The position numbers and the translations under genes are program-made. From an uncultured bacterium (GTDB lineage: Bacteria; Krumholzibacteriota; Krumholzibacteriia; LZORAL124-64-63), in contig CAVSGO010000003.1 of the NCBI GenBank assembly GCA_963727525.1, positions 451,831-515,830 of the forward strand: DNA of 64,000 nucleotides, given 5' to 3'. Below are positions 1-11,004 of this stretch, piece by piece (position 1 is the first letter of the stretch; every line of letters begins with the position of its first letter). The notes below the pieces were generated by a model, which worked only from the letters and a program-made list of their open reading frames with translations, searched no databases and was not told the DNA's origin.

Positions 1-668
1 CCGGCAACGAGGCCGGCCAGCTCACCTATCTACGGAACCAGGGCACTCCGACCGTACCCGACTGGGTGGTCCTTGCCGGCTACTTCGGCGGCATCGACGT
101 GGGCTCGAACTGCTCACCCACTCTCGCTGACTACGATGGCGACGGCGACATCGATCTCATGGCCGGCAACATCTCCCATCAGGTGCGCTACTACCGTCAC
201 CAGGGCCTGAACTGGATCGAGGACTCGAGCGTGGTGGCCGGCATCACCGCGGGCCAGAACGCGGCGCCGGCGCTGGCCGACCTCGACGGCGACGGCGACC
301 TCGACCTCGCCGTCGGCAACTACACCGGCACCTTCAACTACTACCGCAATACCAGCCCACCCACCGCTACGCCGGACACGCCGCCGGTGGAGAACCAGCC
401 CTACCTCGTTGCCTACCCGAACCCGTTCAACCCGACGACGACGCTGCGCTTCATCGTGCTGCACCCCGGCACGGTGGCGCTGGACATCTACGACGTCGCC
501 GGGCGGCACGTGCGCACGCTGATGGCGGGGATGCGGGATGCGGGCGAGGTCGCGGTGCGCTGGGACGGCACGGACGATGCCGGCTCCACGGTGGCCTCGG
601 CGGTGTATTTTGCGCGGTTGCAAGCCGACCGCACGGCACTCACGGCTCGGCTCGTGCTCGTGCGGTAG
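1..668 (+). CDS. C-terminal part of FG-GAP/VCBS-repeat secreted protein with FlgD-Ig/T9SS-like C-terminal domain (5' truncated by window)
   Basis: Repeats PTLADYDGDGDIDLMAG and PALADLDGDGDLDLAVG; tail YPNPFNPTTT...IYDVAGRHVRTL...WDGTDDAG..VASAVYF..L. Confidence 0.85.
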   Translation, partial: GNEAGQLTYLRNQGTPTVPDWVVLAGYFGGIDVGSNCSPTLADYDGDGDIDLMAGNISHQVRYYRHQGLNWIEDSSVVAGITAGQNAAPALADLDGDGDLDLAVGNYTGTFNYYRNTSPPTATPDTPPVENQPYLVAYPNPFNPTTTLRFIVLHPGTVALDIYDVAGRHVRTLMAGMRDAGEVAVRWDGTDDAGSTVASAVYFARLQADRTALTARLVLVR

Positions 669-728
669 GTCGGCGGCGCCACAGTCCGTATATTCATGCA
701 CGCCACGGATACCGGAAGGAGCATTGTG

Positions 729-1403
729 ATGCTACGCCGGGTCCAACGATTGCACGTGGTCGCCCTCTTGGCCGTGGTCCTGGGGAGTTGCTCGCCGCAG
801 GCGTACAACGAAAGGTACCGTCTCGGCCTCGCCACACCCGACAAGCCCGAGTATTACAAAGGTTTGATCTTCGCGCGTCCCGGGATCGAGCTGTTCCGGC
901 CCCGCAAGCGCTTGTGGCTCGACGATCTCGCATGGTACTATGCAAACGTCGATCGCTTCGCGAAAGTGTACGGGATCAACTACGCCGACGTCCTTGCCAA
1001 CCGTCTGAGCATGGACTCCATCATCCGCGCAATCGTCGAGGAACACGACGGAGCCGACCGTTACGGGTTCTTCCATCTCGGCTTTCACGTGCGCCGGGCG
1101 CGGATCCGCATCACCGGCCCCGGCGCCCTCATCATCACGTTCAAGAACGAGCATGGCGAGACGTTCGCGCAGCGCGACAAGGGCATCATGTTCACCGATG
1201 GAAAACATTCCTACACCTGGGCGATTGATTCGATCAATGGCCCGGTCGATCTCGACCCGTCGACGTCGGCCTGGGCCGTGCCGAACGCACCCCCGCAGCA
1301 CGCCGTCGTCCGTTTCGACCGGTCCGTCCGCAGTATGGCGGTGGTGTCGGTGCGGGTCGATTCGACCCGCTGGATCGTCACGGCGGACCACGATTCCACG
1401 TGA
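729..1403 (+). CDS. Hypothetical lipoprotein
   Basis: GAAGGA RBS upstream of ATG 729; basic N-terminus, hydrophobic stretch and lipobox-like VLGSC. Confidence 0.6.
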   Translation: MLRRVQRLHVVALLAVVLGSCSPQAYNERYRLGLATPDKPEYYKGLIFARPGIELFRPRKRLWLDDLAWYYANVDRFAKVYGINYADVLANRLSMDSIIRAIVEEHDGADRYGFFHLGFHVRRARIRITGPGALIITFKNEHGETFAQRDKGIMFTDGKHSYTWAIDSINGPVDLDPSTSAWAVPNAPPQHAVVRFDRSVRSMAVVSVRVDSTRWIVTADHDST

Positions 1404-1442
1404 CGGCGGGTAGCGCGGGGTCACTTCCCGGTGCCGGCCCCA

Positions 1443-4400
1443 CTACCGGACCAGCACCATCTTCCTCTCTGCCACCCGGCCGCCGCTGCTGATGCGGCTG
1501 AGGTAGACGCCGCTGCCCACCGCGCGGCCGCCGTCGTCACGACCGTCCCAGCCGATGGTGTGGGGGCCGGCGGCCGTCGTGCCCGTGAGGAGCGTCCGTA
1601 CCTTGCGGCCCTGCAGGTCGTAGATCACGAGCGTGACCGGGGCGGCCTGGGGCAGGTCGAAGTGGATGCGCGTTTCGGCCTGGAAGGGGTTGGGGCGGTT
1701 CGGGTACATCGCGAAGCGTGGGGGCGGGGTCAGGCTCGGCTCGGCATCGGGCGCGCCGGTGGGGAAGTCCTGCACCGTTACCCAGATGGGGTCGGCGGCG
1801 TCGGCGCCAGCACTGGTGCCGAGGCGGCCGTCGTCGCCGTTGGTCGTGAGGTCGCCCGCCACCTGGCCCGTGCCCTCGTTGAGTTGCCAGTAGGCGACAA
1901 GGCCGCTGTCGGGCGTCGCGTAGTAGGCCTCGGGGAGCTGCCGGTTCATGTTGGTCACGATCTCGGCGGCAGAGCGGGCGCGGTTCCAGATGCGCACCTC
2001 GTCGATCACGCCGTCGAAGACGCGGGTGGGGTTGCTCTGGGAGTCGCCTAGCCACAGGTTCACATTCGCGTCGGCGATGCTGAAGGTGCCGGCGGCCTGG
2101 GCGACCCGGTTGCCGTCGATGTAGAGGCGCATGGTGGCGCCGTCGTAGGTGCCGGCCACGTGGGTGAACTGGCCCGTGGTCATGGCGCCCACCGGCGACG
2201 TGATCTCGTGCCACGTGCCCGAGCCCAGGTTGAAGCTGAGCTGGCCGTTGTTGCCGGCGCGCAGCATGTAGCCGTTGTCGGTGCCGCCGCCATTCTGCTC
2301 CTTGTTGACGATCGAGCCTTCCCAGACGTTCGGCTTCCAGCTCTCGGCGCGAATGAGGGCCTCGACGGTGAGACCCGTGCCCGTGAGGCGCAGCGAGGCG
2401 CCATTGCCGCAGTCGACGAGGTCGTCGTTGCCGTCGAAATCGAGGGCGTACGCCGACGTGTCGGCGAATGTGCTGCCCGTGGTGAACGACCACTCGGTGC
2501 CCGTGGTGGTGCCGACGTCGTTCACCTCGTCGATGCGCCAGTGATATGTGGTGAAGGCATCGAGGTCGCCGGGATGGAAGATCGTGCCTGCCTGGTTGCC
2601 GGCGAAGGGTGGCGGCGACGCGGTGCCGAAGGAGATGTCGTGCGAGTCGGCGTAGTTTCCCGGCGTCCAGCTCAGCGCCGCGTTGCGCGGCACGCCGATC
2701 GCACCGTCGGCCGGATCAGGATCCGCGGCCATCTCCGGTGCCGGAGTCCACAGGAAGGTCACCAGCGCGTGGTGCGACGGGGCGAAGTCGGGTCCCACGG
2801 CCTCCACCTCCACGGTCACCAGGCTGTCACCCGCCGCGTGCGGCAGATAGGGCACGAAGTAGGCGTCGTTGGGTGTGCCGCCGAGGTAGGTGAGGCTGAG
2901 ATCGGGGTTACGCCGGTAGACGTCGTAGTACCTCACATCCGAGGACGAGTGCGTCCACCGCAGCCGCAGCGTGACGAAACCGTCCTCGTCGGTGCGGTGC
3001 GCGATCGTCAACCCCGTGGGCGGCGCCGGCGGTGCGAGCGCGCCGTCGGTGAGCGCCAGACGCCCGATCTTCATGGTGTATCCGACCTGCCCGCTGGCCG
3101 TGAAGGCGAGCCCCAGCGCGAGGATGCGGTCACCCGCATGCGCGCGCAGGTCCACCGTGGTCGTGTTCCAGCCGATCGACGTGGCGTCGCCGACCTCGTA
3201 GGTGACGAACGACTGCGGATCCGACGCCAGCGCGACGGCGAGCTGCATGTGAGTGGCTCCCACGGCCCCGGACTTGAAGACGACACTCGCCTGTGTAGCG
3301 GCGGATACCGGCAGGTCGGTCTTGTACAGCTTGATCAGGTTTTCGGCCGTGAGGTCGCCGGAGATCTTCAGGCAGTTGCCTCCGTGGTAGGCGTCGGTCC
3401 AGTCCATCTCGGGATAGAGCTTGGCGCCGGCGCTCTCCACCACCCAGCGCCACGTGGGCAGCACGTCCTGCAGCCCGATGTTGTTCCAGCCGTCGGTGCC
3501 CCAGCCGTCGGGCGAGAGCCGCGCGCCGTCGATGAAGAAGTCATACCCCTGGCCGGTGCAGAAGTTGGTGACGAAGGGGTAGTCGTTGATCACCGACTTC
3601 GCGGGCACGTAGTGGGCCAGTCCCTTCCACGAACTGGTGGTGGACGTGTTGCTGGGATCGCGATTGGCGCCGACCCAGAAGCGATTCGCCCGCGCGTAGA
3701 AGTCCTGCACGCCCGAGGAGGAGTGATACGTCCAGCTCGGCACGTAGAGACCGAGAGACGTCACGTGAGGCAGGCCCTCGGGAAAGACACCCGCCCAGTT
3801 GACGAAGGTGTTGTAGCCGTTGGCCTGCGTGTCGACTCCGGCAAACAGCTCGAACTCGCTCCGACCCAGGCTGCGGGCATGGGTGCGCGACGACTGCAAT
3901 CCGCTTGCACTCCACCCGAAATCGAGAAACATGTCCTCGGACACCAGCGTCGATCCATCCTGGAAGAATCGATCGTTGGCCGCGTCGAGCTGCTCCTGCC
4001 AGGCGATCGATCCGCTCTCCGTCATGGCGTCGTACCACATGAGCTGCAGGTCGCTGTGCGCCTGGTAGTACTCCATGAATGCGATGATCTGGTCGGCCAG
4101 CGCGGCGTTGCCGCCCCCCGTCTCCTGGTTGACGAAGTAGCCGTCGAACCCGTAGTACTGCGCCACCTCGATCAGCTTGTCCGCCACGGGATACCCGTTG
4201 ACCCCCTGTTGCACGAGGTCGTACACCCACTGGATGTTCCCGCCGTAGACGTTGGGCGGAAAGAAGATCGTCCCCAGCACGGGGACACCGTTGCGATGCG
4301 CGGCGTCGACCACGCCGGGATTGGGCGCAAGGATGAGCCCTTCGCCGGCCGACCCGCCCCAGAACACGAGCACGTCGGCGTACTGCCAGTAGTTGAACGC

Positions 4401-4771
4401 GAAGGAGTTGACATCCAGCCCCCCTGCGACGGGTTCCCCGACGTTGCCCAGAAGATGTCGAGCGGTGAGATCCGCGCCTCGTCCGGCCGCGCGTGGGTGT
4501 TGACCTGGATGGCATTGAGAAAACGGTCGCGCAGCGGGGTGTGGCTGCGGTTGTACGCGGCGTCGGAATCGCCCGCGGGCGTCCAGGTGAGCAGATCGTT
4601 CGGGAACCAGTAGGAGGTGAAGGGCTGGTCGGAGGGGAGAGGCCGGGCCAGGACGGGAGAGGAGAACCGCGGTGCCGGCACCATTTCCGCGAGGGCCGGT
4701 ACGGCCGCCAGCACGAGGAAGAGGACCGGGAGGATGAGGGCGAATCGCGCGAGTCGGCGGGGCATTGTCAT
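1443..4771 (-). pseudogene. GH85 endo-beta-N-acetylglucosaminidase with Fn3-like and LamG domains and FlgD-Ig CTD, interrupted by a single frameshift at ~4419-4424
   Basis: The N-terminal frame (signal peptide...DAAYNRSHTPL...GNPSQG, ORF 4172-4771) continues in another frame as LDVNSFAFNYWQYAD..WGGSAGEGLILAP..DAAHRNGVPVLGT..YGFDGYFVNQE (GH85 NxE motif). LamG motif FDGVIDEVRIWN. GGAGG RBS before 4771. Confidence 0.85.
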
Positions 4772-4854
4772 CGGTCGGTCCTCCAGGAGCCAGAATGCGG
4801 ACGGCAGGAAGATCGATTATAGCAGCCCGGCGCGATGAGTTCTCAGGAAAACAC

Positions 4855-5415
4855 CTACGGTGCCGCGCGCCAGTCTCGCGCCAGCAACCCGTAGAGCGCG
4901 CTGTCCGATACCTCGCCGCCGACGATCCACCGTTCTCGCAGGACTCCCTCCTTCTCGAACCCCAGCCGCTCCAGCGTCCGCGCCGACGCCAGGTTGCGCG
5001 GGTCGATATCCGCTTCCAGACGATTGAGATCGAGAACCTCGAACGCGTAACCAATCAGCCCCCCCAGCGCTTCCTGCATGTAGCCATGGCCCCACGCATC
5101 CGACGCCAGACAGTACCCGATTTCCGCCCGCCGACTCTGCGCGGAGAGGTTGAAGAGCGTGCACTGCCCGATCAACCGCCCATCCTCGCGCCGCTCGATA
5201 CCCAGCGTCAGGTATTCCCCCGCAGCGAACGCCGCGACGTGACGTGCCACGGCCTCGTGCGCCTGTTCGAGATCGGTCCACGCGGGGCCGCTCCAGTATC
5301 GCATCACCCGTGGATCGGCAAAGATGCCGAAGACCGCGTCGGCGTCGGCCTCGCGATGGAGGCGCAGCGCGAGCCGGGCCGTACACAGGGGGAGATTCGC
5401 AAAGACCATCGGCAT
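4855..5415 (-). CDS. GNAT family N-acetyltransferase (RimJ/RimL-like)
   Basis: TARLALR, RAEIGY..WGHGYM.EAL, N.ASAR.LERLGF..EG motifs. Confidence 0.9.
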   Translation of the reverse strand: MPMVFANLPLCTARLALRLHREADADAVFGIFADPRVMRYWSGPAWTDLEQAHEAVARHVAAFAAGEYLTLGIERREDGRLIGQCTLFNLSAQSRRAEIGYCLASDAWGHGYMQEALGGLIGYAFEVLDLNRLEADIDPRNLASARTLERLGFEKEGVLRERWIVGGEVSDSALYGLLARDWRAAP

Positions 5416-5577
5416 GCCCCCGGTCGGAGTGCCATGACCACGGATTTAAGTCCATGAAGAAACACGGCGACGATTCACGCACAGATCCACGGTTTTGTCG
5501 AGTTCGGCACCCAACGATGTTGCGATGCAGGCCTTTTAGGTGAATGATACCGACCGAGTCATTTCGGGAGGAACGCT

Positions 5578-7368
5578 ATGGACGACGAGACCAAGAAGCC
5601 GCCGCATCCCCTGGGCGCGCTCGCCATCTCCTTGCTTGCCGTCTGTATCGGTGCGCTGTCGGGCCTCGGCGCGGTGGCCTTTCGCGGGCTCATCGCCCTC
5701 GTCCACAACCTCATGTTCCTGGGGACGTTCTCCACGTCGTTCGATGCCAATGTCCACACGCCGGCGAGTCCCTGGGGACCACTCGTGATTCTGGTCCCTG
5801 TGATCGGGGCGGCGGGGGTGGCGTACCTCGTACAGCGGTTCGCGCCCGAGGCCAAGGGGCATGGGGTGCCCGAGGTGATGGATGCGATCTACTACGAGCG
5901 CGGGGTGATCCGTCCGGTCGTGGCGTTGATCAAGTCGCTCGCGTCGGCCCTGTCCATCGGGACAGGAGGGGCCGTGGGGCGCGAGGGGCCGATCATCCAG
6001 ATCGGGTCGTCGCTGGGGTCCACGCTCGGCCAGCTGCTCCGGCTCACGATTCGGCAGCGGGTGACGCTCATCGCCGCCGGGACGGCCGGGGGTATCGCCG
6101 CCACGTTCAACACCCCCATCGGGGGGATTCTCTTCGCCGTCGAGATCGTGCTGCACGAGGTGGGCGTGCGCACGCTCGTCCCCGTGGCGGTGGCGACGGC
6201 GGCGGCAACTTACGTGGGCCGGCTGTTCTTCGGCGTCCATCCGTCATTCGTCATCCCCGCGCTCGAGACGATCGACTTCCATCGCACCAATCTCTATGTC
6301 CTCCTCGCCTTTGTCGGACTGGGCGTGGTGGCGGGGGCGGTGTCGGCGCTGTTCATCCGGGCCATCTACGGCACCGAGGACTTCTTCGAGAAGCGCATCG
6401 GGGGCAGCTACATCCTGCGGCACATGGGGGGCATGCTGATCGTCGGCCTCATGATGTACCTCTCCTTCGTCTGGCTGGGGCACTACTACATCGAGGGCGT
6501 GGGCTACGCGACGGTGCAGGATGTGCTCACGGGCCAGCTCACCAGCCTCGGGATCCTGCTCGTGCTCTTCGTGCTGAAGCTGGCAGCGACATCGCTCACC
6601 CTGGGGTCGGGGGCGTCGGGGGGCATCTTCTCGCCGGCGCTGTTCCTGGGGGCGACGATCGGCGGAGCATACGGCGTGCTGTTGCAGCACCTGCTTCCCG
6701 GTGTGCCGGTCGATCCGGCGGCGTTCGCGGTGGCGGGCATGGCGGGCGTGGTCGGTGGTAGTACGGGGGCGGCGATCGCCGCGATCGTGATGATCTTCGA
6801 GATGACGCTCGACTACAACGTCATCATTCCCATGACGCTCACGGTGGCCATCGCCTACGGCGTCCGGCGCGTGCTGTGCCACGAGAGCATCTACACGATG
6901 AAGCTCACGCGACGCGGCCACACCATGCCCGACGCGTTGCAGGCCAACTTCACGCAGCGCCGGCAGGCGCGCCATCTCATGGACACGCACGTCGCCGTGG
7001 TGACGGCCGGGATGTCGGTGGACGAACTCGCGCAACTCGCGGATCAGCAGCCGCGAACGAACTGGTTCGTGGTGGCCGACGCGGGGCGTGTGACCGGCGT
7101 GGTGCCGCGGACAGTGCTGGGCAAGGATCTCGATGCCGACGTGGCACACGGCACGGCGGCGGATCTCGCCACGCGGAACTTCGCGGTGGCGCGTCCCGGC
7201 GCCAACCTCTTCGAGCTGGCGGGCGAGCTGCGAGGCGAGCGCGCCGACGTGGTGCTGATCTCCGACCGCATCGCCGACACCCCGGCCGACGAGGTGCGGG
7301 GCGTGGTCACGCGCACCCAGGTGAGCAGCCTGCTCTCGCAGACGGCGGACCTATTCGCGGAGAGCTGA
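5578..7368 (+). CDS. ClC family chloride channel/transporter with C-terminal CBS domains
   Basis: GHGVP, GREGP, FNTPIGG, GGIFSP, SIY motifs; many TM helices; GGAGG RBS. Confidence 0.93.
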   Translation: MDDETKKPPHPLGALAISLLAVCIGALSGLGAVAFRGLIALVHNLMFLGTFSTSFDANVHTPASPWGPLVILVPVIGAAGVAYLVQRFAPEAKGHGVPEVMDAIYYERGVIRPVVALIKSLASALSIGTGGAVGREGPIIQIGSSLGSTLGQLLRLTIRQRVTLIAAGTAGGIAATFNTPIGGILFAVEIVLHEVGVRTLVPVAVATAAATYVGRLFFGVHPSFVIPALETIDFHRTNLYVLLAFVGLGVVAGAVSALFIRAIYGTEDFFEKRIGGSYILRHMGGMLIVGLMMYLSFVWLGHYYIEGVGYATVQDVLTGQLTSLGILLVLFVLKLAATSLTLGSGASGGIFSPALFLGATIGGAYGVLLQHLLPGVPVDPAAFAVAGMAGVVGGSTGAAIAAIVMIFEMTLDYNVIIPMTLTVAIAYGVRRVLCHESIYTMKLTRRGHTMPDALQANFTQRRQARHLMDTHVAVVTAGMSVDELAQLADQQPRTNWFVVADAGRVTGVVPRTVLGKDLDADVAHGTAADLATRNFAVARPGANLFELAGELRGERADVVLISDRIADTPADEVRGVVTRTQVSSLLSQTADLFAES

Positions 7369-7382
7369 CCTCCGGATGGTTC

Positions 7383-7412
7383 GAGGCCCCGGCCGTCGCC
7401 GGCCGGGGCCTC
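7383..7412. terminator. Hairpin between convergent genes (probable bidirectional terminator)
   Basis: GAGGCCCCGGCC-gtcgcc-GGCCGGGGCCTC, perfect 12-bp stem. Confidence 0.65.
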
Positions 7413-7437
7413 TTCGTCCACGCCTGACGGCCAGGCA

Positions 7438-10335
7438 TCACTTCACGAGCACCATCCTGCGCACCAGCGTCGCGGCGCCGGAGTCGAGGCGGTAGAAATA
7501 CGCGCCCGAGGCCACCTGGCGGCCACCGGCGTCGTGACCGTTCCAGACCACGCTGTGGGCGCCGGCCGGGAGCGTGCCGTCGATGAGCTGGGCCACGCGG
7601 CGGCCGTCGATCGTGTACACGGCCAGCGACACGTTCGTCTCGCGCGGGAGCGAGAAGGCGATGGTCGTGGACGGGTTGAATGGGTTGGGGTGGTTCTGAT
7701 CCAGGGCCACCACCGGGGAGACGGCGGGTATGCCGTCGCCCACGGCCGTGGGGTCGAACCCGTTGAAGACCTCGATGGCGAAGTCGTCGATGCCCGCTTC
7801 CACCAGCCCGCCGGAGTTGAGATCGCAGGCGAGGAAGCGCACCATCACCTGATCAGTGAGCGCGAAACCGGGTAGTGTGCCCAGGTCCACGGCCACCTTC
7901 TGCCACGAGTTCTGGATATCCGTCACCCGCTCCAGCTCGGTCCAGGTGGCGCCGCCATCGTCGGAGGCCTCGACGACGAAGTCATCGTCGATGGACAGGC
8001 CGCCCTCGCCGTACCAGCGCCAGTAGGTGACGAAGGCGCGGTCATAGGCGGAGAGGTCGAATGTCGGGCTGATCAGCGTGGTGCAGCCGCCGTCGACGTC
8101 CTCGTCGCCGGCCGCGCCGCCCACGGTGCCGTTGCCGGTGACGAAGCAGGCCACGCCGGGGTCGGGCGTGTGGTCGTCCTCAGGCTGCATCGCCACGCCG
8201 TTGTATTCCGTGCCCACCGGATCGGCGCGGACCCAGATGCCGCTGGTCGCGGCATCCCCGGCGGCGCCGAGCTGCCAGTCGGGATCGCCCGGATCCTCGG
8301 CCTCGTACGAGTACAGCGACGCGGTGATCAACAGCGTGTAGACATCGGCCGGGGCGCCGGCGGGCGAGGTGGAGTCGAGACCCGCGCCGTCCGTGGCGGA
8401 CACGTAGTAGTCGATCTGCGTGTCGGCTGGCTGGGCCGGGATGTCGGCACTGTAGGTGCCGCTGCCGGTCATGGGTTCGGTCATCCACGCGGAGGCGCCA
8501 GTGCGGTAATTCAGCACCACGTTCGCCACGCCGCTGAAGTCGGCGACGTCGGCCGTGATGGTGTTCGGCCCGGCGGTTTCCGGCGCAGTGATCGGCTGAC
8601 TCACGTTGGTGATGGAGGGGCCGGCGATGTCGACCAGCGAGACGTCCTGGGTGGTCTCGGCGTTCTCGCCAATCACCACGGGAACTGTCTGAGGGGCGAA
8701 ACCGTCGAGCGAGAATACCGCGTCGTACATGCCGGGCGCGGCATGACCGGAATACTGGCCGGCCGCGTTGGACGTATAGTGGTAGAACGTGCCCGCCAGC
8801 TCGACGCGCGCGCCGGGCAGCGGGGTGCCGCCGCCCGAGGCGTTGGTGATCGTGCCGGCCAGGGTTCCGAAGCCGTTCATGGCTGCTTCCACGGCCAGGC
8901 GTGCATTGACGACGCCCCAGCCGAAGGTGTTGTCCTCACCGGTGGCACCCTCGTCGACGGCCGTGTCCATGAGGATCTGCTTGATGAGGTCGACCTCGAG
9001 GTTCGGGTTGGCAGAGCGCATGAGTGCCACCACGCCGGCCACGTGCGGGCCGGCCATGGACGTGCCGCTCATGAACGTGTAGCCGCCGTTGTTGTACGAG
9101 CTGTACACATCCACGCCGGGCGCGGAGACCTCGGGCTTGATGGCGGCCGCAGGCGGCACCAGCGGGCACGTGGTGGGGCCGCGGCTGGAGAAGCTCGCGA
9201 TCGGCCAGGGGGCGCTGTAGTTCGTCGCATCGATCGCGCCTACGGAGAAGCAGTTGTAGATGGTGGCGGCGCGATCGGCGGGCGAGCGCAGAGTGCCTGA
9301 CGACGGTCCCTCGTTGCCGGCCGACCAGGTGACGCACACGCCGGCGGCCTCGCAGTTGTCGATGACGGCCCACCAGCGGCTGTCGCAGTCGTTGTAGCCG
9401 CTGAAGCCCTCGTTCACGCCCCAGGAGTTCTGCACGACGTCGGGTACGTCGTCGATGGTGTTCGGATCTCCATCGGGGTCGGCGAACCACTGGAAGCAGT
9501 GGATGACGTCGTTGTCGAACTCGGTGCCGGTGTTCTGATCGATGGGGTTGGCGGCGATCCACATGGCGCCGGGCGCCACGCCGATGGTGTCGCTGGCCGT
9601 CTGGCCGCACATGGTGCCGACGGTGTGGGTGCCGTGGCCATAGTTGTCCACGGGGAACGTGGGGCCGGTGCCGAGCACGTCGAGCCAGCACTCGGCCGCG
9701 GGCGCCACGGTGCCGCGCCAGCGCGATGCCAGGGCGGCGTGACTGCCCATCACGCCGGTGTCGCAGGAGCCGATGATGGCGCCGGATCCGTCCACGCCCA
9801 GCTCGTTCCACACCTCGGGCGCATGGATGGCCTCGAGGCCGGGGGTGATGCCGAGACGATCGAGCGACTCACCGTCGCCGGCGGAGTGCACGTCGGTCGG
9901 CCGGATCAGCTCCGGCACGAAGTTGATTTCGACCCAGGCCACGTCGGCGCGGTCGGCGATACGCCGGATCTCGTCGGGGAGGGCATAAACGATGACCATG
10001 TTCGAGATCCAGTAGCTCGTATATCCGAGCACGCTGCCATCGCGCCGATCGGTGGCAAGATCGGTCAGGAGCAGGTCCTGACTCCGCGCGGCGTCGCGCA
10101 GGGCGTTGATGATGGTCTGGTGCCGGAACGCCCGGGTGGCGCGGCTGGCGGAGAGGTTGTGGGAGATCTGGGTGACGGGGGCCTGGTCGACCATGTGGAC
10201 GATCACGCTCACCGGCTGGTCGGCCGACGTGCCGGCCAGCACCTCCAGGAGGGCGGGATCGATATCCCCGGCCACCGCGACCGAGGCCAGGGCGGCGGTC
10301 GCGAGGATCAGGATGAGAGTGAGAGCCTTGTGCAC
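7438..10335 (-). CDS. Secreted S8 subtilisin-like serine peptidase (bacillopeptidase F-like) with carboxypeptidase-regulatory domain and FlgD-Ig CTD
   Basis: Triad motifs CDTG, HGTHTVG, GTSMAGPHVAG; oxyanion SAGN; signal peptide from GTG 10335 with AAGGAG RBS; NHPNPFNP tail. Confidence 0.93.
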   Translation of the reverse strand: MHKALTLILILATAALASVAVAGDIDPALLEVLAGTSADQPVSVIVHMVDQAPVTQISHNLSASRATRAFRHQTIINALRDAARSQDLLLTDLATDRRDGSVLGYTSYWISNMVIVYALPDEIRRIADRADVAWVEINFVPELIRPTDVHSAGDGESLDRLGITPGLEAIHAPEVWNELGVDGSGAIIGSCDTGVMGSHAALASRWRGTVAPAAECWLDVLGTGPTFPVDNYGHGTHTVGTMCGQTASDTIGVAPGAMWIAANPIDQNTGTEFDNDVIHCFQWFADPDGDPNTIDDVPDVVQNSWGVNEGFSGYNDCDSRWWAVIDNCEAAGVCVTWSAGNEGPSSGTLRSPADRAATIYNCFSVGAIDATNYSAPWPIASFSSRGPTTCPLVPPAAAIKPEVSAPGVDVYSSYNNGGYTFMSGTSMAGPHVAGVVALMRSANPNLEVDLIKQILMDTAVDEGATGEDNTFGWGVVNARLAVEAAMNGFGTLAGTITNASGGGTPLPGARVELAGTFYHYTSNAAGQYSGHAAPGMYDAVFSLDGFAPQTVPVVIGENAETTQDVSLVDIAGPSITNVSQPITAPETAGPNTITADVADFSGVANVVLNYRTGASAWMTEPMTGSGTYSADIPAQPADTQIDYYVSATDGAGLDSTSPAGAPADVYTLLITASLYSYEAEDPGDPDWQLGAAGDAATSGIWVRADPVGTEYNGVAMQPEDDHTPDPGVACFVTGNGTVGGAAGDEDVDGGCTTLISPTFDLSAYDRAFVTYWRWYGEGGLSIDDDFVVEASDDGGATWTELERVTDIQNSWQKVAVDLGTLPGFALTDQVMVRFLACDLNSGGLVEAGIDDFAIEVFNGFDPTAVGDGIPAVSPVVALDQNHPNPFNPSTTIAFSLPRETNVSLAVYTIDGRRVAQLIDGTLPAGAHSVVWNGHDAGGRQVASGAYFYRLDSGAATLVRRMVLVK

Positions 10336-10529
10336 AGGGGTCTCCTTCCGGCATGAGCGTACGTGAAACACGGAGGATGGGTGCGAATTATACCACGAAC
10401 GGGCAGATAATGTGAGGAAAGGCTGTTTTCGGTGGCCTTGCCTCATTGAAGATTACCCCTATGCAACGCCGCGATTCCTTTGTATCATCATTGGTCCAGC
10501 TGGGCTCTCACTTTCCTGGGGGTTGGTCC

Positions 10530-10967
10530 GTGGCGATCTCGCGCAGGTACTTTGCTGACGAGGACTTCGTCCTGACCTGGATCCACGGGTCAGTGGACGA
10601 TCTGCAGCTCCACGAGCACGTCATCGCGCTCAACCAGGAAAGCCGGGCGATGGGGGCGTTCAGCGAGCTTGCCGATTGCCGCGACGTGGAAGATTTCGAG
10701 GGCATCACCAATCAGGGCATGGTGATCGCGGCGCAGCTCGAGTCGTTCCGGCCGACCAGCCGCCGCGGGCAGCTCGCCATCGTGGTGCGCGAGCCCGAGC
10801 ACCTGACCATCGTGCGCATCTACCAGGCCGTGTGCGAGGGATTCCGGCGGGCCGTACTGGCCACCCTCGACTACGACGAGGCCCTCGCCTGGCTCGCCGT
10901 CGGCAGCCTCGCCGACTCCATCCAGAGCTACAAGCTCGACGCCATGAACGCAGGCGGCCGCCCCTGA
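10530..10967 (+). CDS. Hypothetical protein, STAS/SEC14 (SpoIIAA)-like small alpha/beta domain
   Basis: Pattern ELADCR...LAIVV...F...YDEALAWL is typical of this family; start codon uncertain. Confidence 0.55.
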   Translation: MAISRRYFADEDFVLTWIHGSVDDLQLHEHVIALNQESRAMGAFSELADCRDVEDFEGITNQGMVIAAQLESFRPTSRRGQLAIVVREPEHLTIVRIYQAVCEGFRRAVLATLDYDEALAWLAVGSLADSIQSYKLDAMNAGGRP

Positions 10968-10979
10968 GGAGCGGCCGCC
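10953..10979. terminator. Hairpin between convergent genes
   Basis: GGCGGCCGC-N9-GCGGCCGCC, 9-bp stem. Confidence 0.5.
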
Positions 10980-11004
10980 AGTCGTGTGAACGAGATGCTG
11001 CCGG

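Noticed and set aside
2160-4613. Long antisense or alternate-frame ORFs (also 25053-27071, 27367-30351, 42716-44914, 51888-54263, 56874-58604)
   Set aside because: Shadow ORFs of real genes in high-GC DNA, with no protein motifs
4772-5054. N-terminal extension of the 1203-aa ORF 1443-5054
   Set aside because: It overlaps the GNAT gene and has low complexity; the real N-terminus is in the 4771 frame with signal peptide and RBS
5416-5577. Fluoride riboswitch upstream of ClC
   Set aside because: No GGCGATGG...CTGATGAC-type consensus seen, and the protein lacks fluoride-ClC signatures
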